Origin: Octopus bimaculoides
Lineage: Eukaryota
DNA: 64,000 nucleotides
NCBI RefSeq assembly: GCF_001194135.2
Contig: NC_068993.1
Location: 20,968,748 to 21,032,747, forward strand
Direction of reading: 5' to 3'
Shown here: positions 51,393 through 63,675 of the stretch, piece after piece
Layout: each line of letters begins with the position of its first letter
How positions within the stretch are numbered: the stretch's first letter is position 1
Position numbers and translations under genes: made by a program
The notes under the pieces: model-generated
What the model was told of the DNA's origin: nothing
The model's database searches: none
What the model saw: the letters and a program-made list of their open reading frames with translations, nothing else

Positions 51393-52570
51393 ATTCAGTA
51401 GTCTTATTTTTATCTCGTAATTTCACTGTAATACTGTGCAGAGCGATGTGCCATGTGTATGTGCTGTGGTTAGTTGTGGTGTTCTTATTTTCACTCTATT
51501 GAAAGTGTAAGATATGCGCGGTGTCTAGTAATGCTATTTTCTGTATGTTTCTGTAAGTCCTGGTGTTTTGGTTATGTATTTTTCTTTGTTTTGTTTTTAA
51601 TCATACCTACTTTTATCGTAATTGTTTCTGTTTTTAAGTTCAACATTCGAGTCACCTCTATTTCCAGATTTTTGTATTTGAAAGTTTCTCCGTTTCTCTT
51701 CGAGAAATATTTTCATTTTTTGGTATTGACACATCCATTAGAAGGCATTTTTTTCTTCGTAATCTGACATTTATATCCGGTTTATTAGACTTGATTTCTC
51801 TATCTGTGTGTATTGGCATGTCTCAGAGTATGGTTGCTTTGTCATTCTGTGACCCCTTCTGAGGTGTGCCTATACCATCTTTTTTTAGTTGTTATTTCAT
51901 AGTGTTGGCATAGCTTTCAGTGTATATACGTCCCAATCTTGTTATATCTGTGAATATATTCCTTTTTAGCCAGGACTGGGAAGACAGAGACAAAATGATA
52001 TACTGTTTCTTCTTTATCACACATATTCTGAAGTAAATTGTTTTTTTGTTTTTTTTTCATGATGTGTTTTTGATGATTTCCGATGGGAAGGCTTTGATCT
52101 TGTGCTGCAATTAAAAATCCTTCAGTCTCTGCTTTGAGTCCTAAGCTTCTTAACCATTGTTGGGATTTAATTATATTTCTTTTCTGTTTAGATTAACACA
52201 ATATTTTCCATGTAGGGTCTTTTCTTGCCATCGTTTTATCATGATACGTTGTTGCACCAGTTTTAGTTTGTATTTCAGTTGTTTTACAGCTTTTGCTGTC
52301 AGGGACTATGACTTCTTTCTTGAATTTTTCAGCTTCCTTAAAGATAGAAATTAACTTTTTGTTTTTCTCATGTCGATAGTTATTTGTACCAGTTTTCTTT
52401 GTTTCTGAATTAGATATTTGTGTAACATTATGGTGGTTCTTTTATAAAAATTTTCCAACCATATAAGGCCTTTACCACCTTCAGTACATTGTATATATAA
52501 TCTTTCTATGTCAGATCTCGGGTGGTGCATCTTAAATTGTCATTAATTTTGTTGTTTTCCAATCTAGTTT
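51393..52570 (-). mobile_element. R4/Dong 5'-truncated copy between (TTA)n tracts
   Basis: Parallel in sequence to 49998-51240; flanked by (TTA)n. Confidence 0.9.
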
Positions 52571-52592
52571 GATTAAAACATTTAACGTTGCA

Positions 52593-52670
<78 letters not shown>

Positions 52671-53180
52671 GACTGAAAGAGCAGGGCATGCCATCAAAAT
52701 GACACTGGGATAAAATGTACGAAGCCCATTATACCCATCATGACTACCCGTCTGATAAGGGTACACCAGGCACATGCATCACAACCATATGTGCGCGACA
52801 TGGTGATCTCATATCAAGATAAAAAGCGCATGACCTCGCAGGTGGGGCCCAGATAGAATTTTCTTCAAGTCGAGTAGCCCATCCCGCTCAAAAGGTCCCT
52901 GAATAAGGTTTGTTTAAGGATGTTGAGCAAAACACCCATGTTTCCAAAGGTGAATTATTCAAACCCCAAGGAATTCCCTCAAAACATAGCTATGATGCTC
53001 CACAACCACTTCTGCTATTGATCAGAGATGCACATATCGTCAGCCACAAAGCGACATGCTCAACTGGTTACGGTCAAACAACTGACAAGCAAATCTGTGG
53101 TATTAAACAGAATATTTGCTGTAGCCCACATCTTTTATATCAAGACAAAACAATGTACATGATAGCACTTCCAAATCGAT
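52671..53180 (-). mobile_element. Element X, second copy
   Basis: Reverse complement of 31640-32143; (TAA)n tail at 52594-52670. Confidence 0.85.
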
Positions 53181-54114
53181 CAACTAGATGAGCTGAAAAG
53201 AAAAGGCATTGCTTACGACAAGATTTAGGCGTAAGTAGCCATCGACAACATACTTATAAACTATATGAATGCTTTGTATATTTTAGAGCGGTAGCTCCGA
53301 AACATTGAACATTTAAGGTAATTTGTCGAGTTCAGCTGAAAGAAATAAAGCATTACACAAATCCACGCTTTGTTATTTGGCTGACATCAGCGTGTGCGTA
53401 TTATCTAATCTGAAGCAGATGTATCTGGTTTGGGAAACATGGTGAAGCGGGATCTTGTTCTTTTGAAATTTCATCCCGTTTCACTGCCGAAGATGCTGAA
53501 TAATGCTACCAACCGATTTCAGGAGATTAAATCGAGGAGGTGTTGAATGTTTCTGGTTGTACGATTGGAAAATCTTCTAGGGCTAGTTAACCTCCCTACC
53601 AACTTATTGTAGCATAATAAACTTATTCGTTACTGTCTACTGTACTGGCAGCAGATTAGAAGCCGGTGTAAGCTGAGATGTGGTGACATTGCTGAGAAAG
53701 GGCCTAAAAATGGAGAGAGAAATGACAACTGTGCCCAAAGCTGTTATCAACACAATTAAAGCTCTTTCTTGGTAAAGATGTTGTTGGTAACATAGTTGGA
53801 TACGCGCTTACTTGTGAAAGCTTCGCCAGATCTTTCTCCGTCAAATTCTAACGTCATACTGTATATTGCAGAGTGGATCAGCTCTAGATCTGGCTTGGTA
53901 ACATTCTTATCCATTTAACTCAGTTTAACGTATTCGCTATTATGAACCATCGTTACATGGTAACTGTCTTGAGTATAACTGGTTTTGGTTTCATCATCAG
54001 AGTCTAGGTCGCTACATTATGTAGCGCTTCTATTTGTTGGTGACGAGAAGTTGTTAGTTATCGGAGACATTTCACTTGTCCCTTCCTAATGTCTTGATGC
54101 CAGATTGGGGGAGT

Positions 54115-54447
54115 AGCAGAGAGTAAAGAGTGCACGCACCAAACGGGTTCGCTGATTGTACCTCGCGGCACTTGGGGATAGAAAACTATACAGAAGGGAG
54201 TCTTCTGTCTTGGGTCGAGAGCCTAGATTGATGTGTGAGTTGGAGTTCAGTAATACTATCTCTAACTGGTCGAGAATAGAAGCGGACTTGAGCCAAAGGT
54301 CTTTGACGTTTACTTTGATGATTTATGGCAAAATAACACCAGACGAAGTGGAGTAGTGAAAAATCTGTTTCTTGGTTTTTAAGTAGCTGGCGATATGTTC
54401 AGCTTTGCAAGTGATAAGTGTCTACGACTGGATGTAAGATTCGTTAA
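54115..54447. repeat. Right copy of the inverted repeat pair, part of a longer unclassified element (~53.4-54.9 kb)
   Basis: Reverse complement of 47881-48218. Confidence 0.9.
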
Positions 54448-55217
54448 ACCCGCTTTAGTAAAACCTTTACTTATTAGCAGCGCACTCGGTGCACTTCCGA
54501 CTGTGATAATATTGAGAAAGAGTATGTATAATAGTGCACTAAAAGATATCTTTCTCGTCAGAGCTCTCATAAATGTTGAGTTAAATATTTTGGCTTGGTG
54601 ACTGCAAAGAAGTAGTCGCATGTAACAGAGCTTGCTCAAGATTGTACGATGTCGTCAGGAAAGGGCTGGTGACCTGCTGTTTCTGCCATTGTTGCTATAA
54701 CAAGCCTCATTCGTCACTTCAGAGACGGCCAGTGTAAAGATGCATAGTGTTGCCTAATTCTTATCACCATCAGAAAATTCAAATGTTTTCCTCTTTCTTT
54801 GTCCAAGTAAACCTTTCTAAACCGTAGTTGGCTAACGATGTGGATAAAACTGAGTTGGGGGAAATGGAATTCGTTTTGAGGAACAGGAAGAGAAATAAAA
54901 GCTAAACATAGACAGAAAAAATGTGTAAGTTGATAAAAAAAATTTACGTTGAATAAGCTAATTTTTGATATAGAAGGCCCGAAAATAAATTTTCATTTCG
55001 AGAGTTTTCTGGTACTTATATAGCTAGCAATCGATGGCTTTAACAGTAGAGTTGGTGTTGGTGATCGTATTGCCCATGGTGGCAGTGGTTGTGTTAGTTG
55101 TGGTGGCTGAGAGTAGTCGTACATTTGTTGGTGGTGAGAAGCGACTGTGAGTAGGCAGCAGCAGAAACATCTGTAGCAAGCAGCAGCAGCTGCAGCAGCA
55201 GCAGCAGCAGTAGCAGC

Positions 55218-55272
<55 letters not shown>

Positions 55273-55367
55273 TTTAGTTTGAATACAGCTTTGATTAAAT
55301 TGGTCTAGTCACGACGATTTTATTCTGTATTCCTAAATGTATTCCTCTTGACTACTATTTCCAACAG

Positions 55368-55439
55368 ATTAATTTGGGTTGTTGCGGCGGTGGCACTCTT
55401 AGTGATGCAGAGTGTCCTAGCGACGGTTCAACCTGTTAA
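55368..55439 (+). CDS. Possible Cys-rich terminal exon
   Basis: Strong acceptor gtattcctcttgactactatttccaacag; phase 0 gives INLGCCGGGTLSDAECPSDGSTC*. Lies in a trinucleotide-rich area. Confidence 0.25.
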   Translation: MNLGCCGGGTLSDAECPSDGSTC

Positions 55440-56572
55440 CTGTAATATTGACGACGACGACAACGATGATTATTATGACGATGATGATGATGACGGTGAT
55501 GGTGTGGTGGTGGTGGTGGTGGTGGTGGTGGTGGTGGTGGGGTGACGGGAAGGAGGATAATGACGACGACGATGTTGATCATGGTAATAATGATAGTGAT
55601 TATTAATAATGGCGAGAGGATCACTGGTGTAAGATGGGGATATTGCTTATAGCGACACCGATAATAACAGGTAGTGGTGATGATGTTGCATGATGCTTGC
55701 TAAATGATAGTTGATGATTGCCAATAGTGTTCATGTTTGAGTCGTGATGCGTTACAATGTTGGAAGAAGAATTAAAGAAAAAGTACCAACCTTTCCTCCA
55801 CACAATTCCAATATTTGCAAAGATAAATTTAAACTCATTACCCGAAGTGCCTTTCATTGTTTCTACATCTCGAATATCAAGCGAGTTTACTTCCGACAGA
55901 TTCTTCTCCAGATGTCATGTTTTATTAGAAACTTTCATAGAGTGATCTCTTCCATTAGGCCTGTCCTTCTCATTCAATAAGCTTTGCTCTTATACAAACA
56001 ATTATTTTAGCTCTGCTCGATGATCTATTTTGCTCTTTGTTAACCATGTAACGTTTAAGAACTGGCAATATTGGACACCTGCAGAGTGTACAGCAGAAAT
56101 TGTTGAATACGAAACGATGTGTGCCGGAACATTGTAATTATTTCTTAGTTATTTTTAGTTTTTCCAAGGATTGTAAGTTAATTGTTAGTCACCGAGGGCG
56201 TTAAGGACTTAACTGCTACTAATGAATATGGAACAGATGACCGTGTGATATATAGGTAGAAATTAATTCATGTACATGCTAGATGCGGTAGAATGTAGGT
56301 AACTTTCGATACTTGATGTAATTTTAATTTTCTGTTTTCAACAAATCATTCGTGTTCCATTCTTTTATAATGCGTAATAAGAACAAAATATAGATTTATG
56401 GTCAATAGAAGATTTCTAAATATCAAATGAGGTGAAAAGGCTTGAGATTAATGTATATAGCAATTTAGTTTAATTTCATGAGGATTAAAAGTTTAGGAGA
56501 ATGCAAAATGCTTACAGAAATTTCAATATATATTTCGGCATTTCGAAAACAAGTCTGTGTATGGTAGTAAAG

Positions 56573-56613
<41 letters not shown>

Positions 56614-56634
56614 TGCATTCACACGCATACACAT

Positions 56635-56920
56635 ACAGATAGTGGTTCGTATGTTGCATTCACGATCACTAGATCGTGGGTTCGATTCCCGAGTCGAACG
56701 GCGCGTTGTGTTCTTGAACAAAACACTTCCTTTCACTTCACTCTACGATCGTTTCGACGTCTGACGTGCGGTACACGTGTGCCCCTGAACAGGCAATGTC
56801 GATTCGATGGCGGGAGTGGTCTAATGTACAACACATACGTCATTTGTGCAGGTGGTTCTGCAAATGATCACTCTTACGTCGACTTCAACGGAAGAGTCCA
56901 TCGACTTCATTCATTCTACG
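56635..56920 (+). mobile_element. tRNA-derived SINE, another family
   Basis: A-box-like tagtggttcg and B-box gggttcgattccc, then CORE-like gtgttcttgaacaaaacactt. Confidence 0.65.
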
Positions 56921-57147
56921 CTTGACTGATTAATTAAATAGGCTGTCTAATAAATGTTTGGCAGATTCATATCAGAACTCTACTCTTAACACAAAACTCT
57001 TAAGGGTTATTTGTATGAATATAACTGGTATGTATATATATATATATACATATATATGATACAGAAATAAATGTATTTCTCAAACGCGTGATAATGCTAT
57101 AAATTATCAGGATAAATTATCCATATAATGCAGAAAAATACGCTGCC

Positions 57148-57220
57148 GGCCAGCCGTGAGACTCGAACTCACATCTCTGTGATTACATATCCAGTGTTTT
57201 ACCATTAAACCAAAGTGCCC
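57148..57220 (-). pseudogene. tRNA-like sequence, left arm
   Basis: 73 nt with a D-arm gttt-aatggt-aaaac and a T-arm gtgag-ttcgagt-ctcac. The acceptor stem pairs poorly. Confidence 0.6.
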
Positions 57221-57338
57221 AGCAACGAATTCTTCTGCAATTTTAGAACTTATAAATTTAACTTCATAAGACGCTAACGTTATAGCGTCTTATGAAGCTA
57301 AATTTATAAGTTCTAAAATTGCAGAAGAATTCGTTGCT

Positions 57339-57411
57339 GGGCACTTTGGTTTAATGGTAAAACACTTGACATGTAATCACAGAGATGTGAGTTCGAGTCT
57401 CACGGCTGGCC
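57339..57411 (+). pseudogene. tRNA-like sequence, right arm (TGT, Thr-like, at the anticodon position)
   Basis: gggcactttggtttaatggtaaaacacttgacatgtaatcacagagatgtgagttcgagtctcacggctggcc. A- and B-box-like motifs intact; acceptor stem broken. Confidence 0.6.
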
Positions 57412-57758
57412 GGCAGCGTATTTTTCTGCATTATATGGATAATTTATCCTGATCTCGCTATTTATAGTATTATCACGCGTTTGAGAAATAAATTTATTTA
57501 TGTATCTTACAATACATCTCAACGCTTCTAAAAAAAAAAACTTTCTTTGTTTACTTTCATATATATATATTTATCCTTATTTTATGAATATATATATCCT
57601 TATTTTATGAATATATACATATATAGCATGGAAAAAAGCAATCTATAGCAATTTATATATTAAATTGACAATTATATATATATATATATATATGATAAGG
57701 GAGAAGGTCAAAACAAGACTTACTTTCTCCATACTAAATTAATGTCTAAGCATTGCGA

Positions 57759-58086
57759 AGCTACCGGAAAAAAACTCTATAAATACATGCGAATGAAAGC
57801 GGGCTAGTGAGAAGATAATTAAAAAGACTCCACATTAATTGCGAATTAGCTAATTTCAAGATCAAAATATTAAATAGATTTTCTTCTATCTTCAGCGCTT
57901 TATTATAGGTAAGTATAAATACTCGTTCGTATATTTTTTTTCACATATATTGCACTTAAGATAGAAAATCTATTTAAGATTTTAATCTTGAAATTAGCTA
58001 ATTCGCGATTAATGTAGAGTCTTTTTAAATATCTTCTCACTAGCCCGCTTTCAATCGCATGTATTTATGGAGTCTTTTCGGTAGCT
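57759..58086. mobile_element. Foldback/MITE-like element with ~130-bp arms
   Basis: agctaccg..ataaatacatgcga.tgaaagcgggctagtgagaagata..aattagctaatttcaagat pairs with its complement at 57960-58086; next to (TA)n. Confidence 0.88.
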
Positions 58087-58087
58087 C

Positions 58088-58128
<41 letters not shown>

Positions 58129-58394
58129 TTTTACACATATACATCCATTACCTATTTTTCTATCTTCAATTGCATTGTTTATGTCAACAGATTTGTGTAC
58201 GAAACGTCGTAAATTAGACACGTGGATTTAAATTCTATAGAATATCTGTCGACATAACTTAAAAGTGGTTGAATCGCACTACTATCAAAAACAAGGTGTT
58301 GACTTATAATCCTTTAATATACTTGATAGTATATTATGATTGCTAAACGAAATATGGTGTCTCTACCAGCAATTAATATAGTTAAATATTTTAA

Positions 58395-58610
58395 GGAAGT
58401 GAGCATGCAGAATCGTTAGCACGCCAGGCAAAATGCTTAGTGGCATTTCATCAGTCTTTACGGTCTCAGTTCAAATTCCGGTGAGGTTAGCTTTGCCTTT
58501 CATCCCTTCGGGGTCGATAAAATAAGTACCAGTTGATTACTGGGGTGGATGTAATCGACATAACCCTTCGCCTAAAACTGCTGCCCTTGTACCAAAATTT
58601 GAAACCAATA
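58395..58610 (+). mobile_element. tRNA-derived SINE
   Basis: gcagaatcgttagcacgccaggcaaaatgcttag..ctttgcctttcatcccttcggggtcgataaaataagtaccag. Confidence 0.85.
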
Positions 58611-59194
58611 TATTTAAATATTTCTCTTACCGCAGACTGTGATTGGTAGCAGGGAGAGGTAATAGATGAGAGTACGTACCAAAGAAGTGAAGCTGAGTCA
58701 TAGTGTAATTATTAAAATTATACGTTCCTTGAATTTGTACAGGGCTTCAGAAATGTGACGTAACAAAGGGAATTTATAATACATAGAATGTAAGACAATG
58801 TCATGCAAGTAATTTAACCATTTACTTATCAATTCTCTATAATTCTAAATCCACAGATATGTTGCCTGTATCTTTTCCTCTCCTATCGTTTTTTAAAACA
58901 ACCTCTGCTCAAATGAAGCACTTTTACATACTATCTCTACCTTAGATCAAGCGGTACATGCACATCTCTTCTTTTTTCAAATCTGCTGTCCCTAATAAAT
59001 GCATCCTTACCCTTTTCATCATCACCACTAACACCTCTAGCATTTCTCGCTCAAAACATTTTCTACGTAGTTTCTTTCTAGAACGTCAATCCCTCCAAAT
59101 TGTCCAGTCGGTCTCTTATATTTCTTGCAGATATCATATAATTTAATTTTATTGATTTGAAATCTGTGTGACTTATTCAGGCTCTCGATGTTAC

Positions 59195-59425
59195 TTGTGA
59201 GCTGGCAGAAATGTTAGCACGCCGGGCGAGATGCCTAGCGGTATTTCGTCTGTCGTTACGTTCTGAGTTCAAATTCCGCTGAGGTCAACTTTGCCTTTCA
59301 TCCTTTCGGGGGCGATTAAATAAGTACCAGTTACACACTGGGGTCGATATAATCGGCTTAATCCCTTTGTCTGTCCTTGTTTGTCCCTTCTACGTTAAGT
59401 CCCCTGTGGGCAGTAAAGAAATAAA
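59195..59425 (+). mobile_element. tRNA-derived SINE, well preserved
   Basis: gagctggcagaaatgttagcacgccgggcgagatgcctagcggtatttcg..gagttcaaattccgctgaggtcaactttgcc; same tail as the copy at 13510-13697. Confidence 0.9.
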
Positions 59426-60789
59426 TGTTCGTTAATGTTCCTCTTGAACGGATCCATGCTGACAATTGTAGGGCAAAGGGAGACGCGGATGCAATTCTAG
59501 ATGAATAACATTCTGAGAACTAATGATCTAATGCAAGTGGTTAAAACTAAGTTTTGGAGGCATCCAAATACGGAACGACGACTGTGCTGGCAGTGCTTGA
59601 TTGGAGTTTGCACAAACCCAACCAACTTCTATGAGTATATGCCTCTGCAGTTGCGCGAAAAGGCTCAAGTGTGACACTGAGTCGGTGATGACGTTATGGC
59701 TACCAATTATGTGGTGTTTGGGTAGGTGTTTATGTTGTCTTTACATATAACAACAGCATCTCCTCAGTAGGTGAAGAAGTTATCCGTTTTGGATCTTACT
59801 TGAGCTTCATATAAAGTAGAATATTTGTAATGCTGATTTTGCCATGAACATGAGTTTCGTTAGTCACGGTTGTGACCTTTTATTCTCGAAAATCAATCAA
59901 AAAGGAAAATGTTTTGTTAAAATCTTTAAGTGTATTAAGTTCCTTCGAGTGTCAATGGATCTGACATCTCGAGCTGTTTGGGTAACAGTTTATTAATTTT
60001 CGCATATTATCTCACACATATTAAGAAGAGTTAACTCTGTGGTAATTTTCTAGAGCGTGCACAATCTTTGCAGATCCAGCTTGCAAAGAATTGGTGGATG
60101 AAAGGTTATTCTTCAGGGTGAATAATAGATAAATAATGACAAAATGAATTAAACAAAATGGTAGCAAAACATTTTTATGTTATTTGTAATGTTTTTTTAT
60201 TTATTTTTCATGTTCTTGTTTTCAACCGAAACCTCAACAACTAAATTAAATTTGTCACGTTCAAAACCGTATTATTCAGCCGTATTTAATAACAGCCATG
60301 TTGTCCATTTTAGCAAAGAGGATAGGAGTCACTGATACTTCCATGAGTAAAAAGTCACCTTGTACTCGCACAAGATATGGTAACGAAAGCGCTAATGAAC
60401 TTCACGAAGTGTGTTTATAATTCTAATCTGTATTTAAACAAACGATAATATTATGGGGTGTTTCGTGTATGTTTTATAGTGTTTTCAGTATGATTTAAAG
60501 CGATTTAACGCACCAGAAGTGAATGAAAAGCGTTGCCAGAATTTTTAATTTGAAACATCTGCGTTCAGCTTTAGAATCGATTAAAATATTCTGTTGCTCT
60601 CATATACCACTACACACTAAATCTTCTATTACATGTTTATTATATACAAAGACATGACAGAAGTAAATAGATACCCTTATAATCGTTAATATTATATAAT
60701 CGCTGAAATTATACATTGGAATATTTTATTAATTATTATAATGTGAATATCGAATATCTAGTAGACATGACTTTTGCATTTTTCTATGC

Positions 60790-61130
60790 AAGGACCCTAT
60801 TGGGCATGCTACTGATCAGATGATGAATATTCTCTTGAGGAATTTCTTGCCAACTTTCATGCAGTAATCACAAATGTTCTGGCTTTGATGATGTTTTCTT
60901 GTTCGTTTTATGAAGTGTCTTGTCCGTTGTGTCCCAGACGTGTTCAATAGGGTTCATATTTGGTGACTGACTTGGCCATGGAAGCTTTTTAATGCCATTC
61001 TCTTCCACCTAATCTAGGGTCTTTTTAGTTGTGTAACAAGAAGCCCCATCTTCCATAAATAAAGAGTCTTCTTTAATCATTTCACCACAGAAGATTAGAA
61101 GAAGCCCTTTCTGCAATATGGGCACATATT
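60790..61130 (-). mobile_element. Tc1-family transposase C-terminal remnant
   Basis: Minus strand LFMEDGASCYT..LPWPSQSPNMNPIEHVWD, the Tc1 DD34E catalytic region. Confidence 0.85.
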
Positions 61131-63120
61131 TTATCTGAATGCTTTGGCACATTTTTCTAATCCAAATTTCATGTTTATTTCTTTGGTAAAGCCATGTACT
61201 GTCTGTAGTAATGTTTCCAGCTGTTTATCATTTGTAGCGTACAGTTTTAGGTCATCCATATATATGAGGTGGCTGATCGTTTTGCCGTAACAGTTGTATC
61301 CGCATCCAGTTCTGTTTAGCATGTCAGATAAAGGTGTCAGTGCTAAGCAAAAAAGGAGTGGAGAGAGCGTGTCTCCCTGGAATATTCCTCTTCTAATGAG
61401 GATAGCTTTGGTTTTTATGAGTACCTCTTTAGTTTGGAGCTGTAGCACTGTCTGCCTTTTATTCATAGAGTGTATTATATATTTTATGATTATTGGTGCT
61501 ACCTTGTTCATGGCTAGTGTTTCTAGGATCCATGTGTGGGGAATACTATCAAAAGCCTTTCGATTATCAATCCAGGTCATACTTAGACCTTTCTTCTTTC
61601 TGCGGCTGTCTTCAGTTATGGCTTTATTGATCATTAGTTGATCTTTGCAGCCGTATGAACCCTTGCAGCATCCCATCTGCTCTTCTGGAAAAATGTTTTC
61701 TTCCAGATATTTGCTCATTCTCTGCGATATTATCGCAGTAAAGGCTTTGTAAATTGTAGGGAGACAAGTTATTGGTCTGTAATTTTGTGGGTCTGCCGTC
61801 TCAGTGGATTTGGGAATTAGGATAGTTTTCCTTTTCGTGATCCATTCAGGCATTATCTCTGGCTCTGCTAGTATATCATTAAATTTGTCAGCCAGCTTTT
61901 TGTGTGTTTCTTTCAGAGATTTTAACCAGAAGTTAGGGATCTTATCGTACCAGGGTGCCTTCCAGTTGCTTAGTTTTTGCAGTGCCAGGGTGACCTCTTC
62001 AGTTATTATAGGGGTCCAGAGTTGTTCAGGTGCTGAGTTCGTTGTTTTGATAGACTTTTTTTGAGTTTGTTCCTTCACCGACCATATTTCTTCCCAAAAT
62101 TCTTCCACTTCTGCTGTTGGTGCTGCATTGATGTCTATTTCATTTTTGCCAAGTTCTTGCTAGAATATTTTGGGGTTGCAGTTGAACTGTTTGTTTTGTT
62201 CAAATAAACGTTGGCGCTTCTCATACCGGCGGATCCTTTGTGCTTTAGCAAGGATATCTTGCTGTAGCTTTTCTTTTACCTCAGGTACATCTTTTTCTGT
62301 AATGTTGTATTTGTACAGTATTTTTGTTCTCTTCTTCTTGCTTAGTAGTTTCGTGAAGGATTGACGGATCTTGTCTCTTGTTTTCTATTTTTTCTGGGTA
62401 CTATTTATCTACAGGGTTTGTTTGAGTGGTGGTATTCCTGCTCGGATGGGTTTGAGGGTGTACCCAACTTCTTTTGTGGCCACAGTGGCTACTGCATATA
62501 TTATGATATTGACATTTGTTTCTGTGGCTATTAGTTCTGTGACGGCCAGGTTCATACTATTTTTAACTGGTGTTGTTTTAGTATCAATTTTAATTTTTGG
62601 AGGTACAATCGGTTGTCCATACTGAGATCTGTGGCGTTCAGTTCTTTGATTATGCTCATTTTTAGAGTATCATAATCATTAGGTTCGCCTTTACTGTTTC
62701 CAGGTTTTAGATTTGTTTCGCCTTCTTTCCCGCTCATATGTTTGTCTGTGGTGTTCTGGTTTGGTGCTTTTTGCACATCTTTATACATTCCTACGGTTTG
62801 GGTTTTTTTTTTGTTTTTCATTGTTTACTTCATCTTTGTTATGTAAACATGTTATGTCTGTCTTCGTATTTTATAGTTCCAGTGCTTATGACATTATTTG
62901 GCGTTGCTGTGTGGTTACTATCAACATTTTCCTGATGTATTTTTCCTTTTATGTGTTCTATTTCTATTTCTGATGTTTGTTTTTGTTTTGAGAATATATC
63001 TTCGTATGTTAGCTAATTTATTAGGGTTCACTGCTGTATTTAAGTCTTTATTTAGGTTATTTTTCTTCCAGATTTTATATGTATATGTTGTGGTGTTTTC
63101 GTTCTTTCGGTAGAGCACTG
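61131..63120 (-). mobile_element. R4/Dong-type element with N-terminus and intact RT core, 3'-truncated
   Basis: ORF 61131-62108 (325 aa): NWKAPWYDKIPNFW, NYRPITCL, GCKDQL, DNRKAFDSIPH, RGIFQGDTLSPLLF, HLIYMDDLKLYA, FGLEKCA. Decayed N-terminal region upstream. Confidence 0.93.
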
Positions 63121-63675
63121 CTGTAAAATAAACGTGTAGGATTGAAATATATTCCTCATGTGTCCATTTATGGGGGTTTTTTTTATTTTATTTACGGAAC
63201 ATGAGGAATAACGTCCGGCCCTTTATTTTGACGGCCATCATTTTCGTAGGGTACCGATCCAATCATTTATGGTGTTAAATTGTTTTGCACGTGTAGTTTT
63301 CGTACGTTTTGTATAACAAGTTTAAAGTACGCACTTCCCGATTGTTATTCTTCGGTTGAATAATACCGGTATTATTTAATTTATTTTTAATTTTTTTGTA
63401 CATGGTGTCTGGGGACCGAGATGATCTGGTGTTGATTGCATCGTAATGTGGCGGGCGTGTTTACGTGTGTTGTGCGAGCAGTGGAGATGATAGACAGTTA
63501 AAATACATCATTTCATTTGGAAAATAGAATTAAATTTCAATGAGTATTACTTACTCGGATATATTCCAACACTTTGTCAGCTATTTTTGGCTCCGTGTGA
63601 TGTTTTATTCCTGATGTTCTTGGATAGATTTCGGAGCAGTGTTCTATAGCTCTCATATGTTAAACGTCCCTGTAT

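Larger units (their letters stand above)
57058..57506. mobile_element. ~450-bp near-perfect palindrome containing two tRNA-derived units
   Basis: Arms pair from gatacagaaataaa to ttatgtatc with few mismatches and one short indel. The loop is acgtta at 57277-57282. Confidence 0.92.

Noticed and set aside
57148-57411. Functional tRNA-Thr genes
   Set aside because: The acceptor stems do not pair and the anticodon stem is bulged; treated as tRNA-derived sequence.
58857-58947. Third signal-peptide exon (MLPVSFPLLSFFKTTSAQ)
   Set aside because: The frame stops after 28 codons, before any convincing donor.
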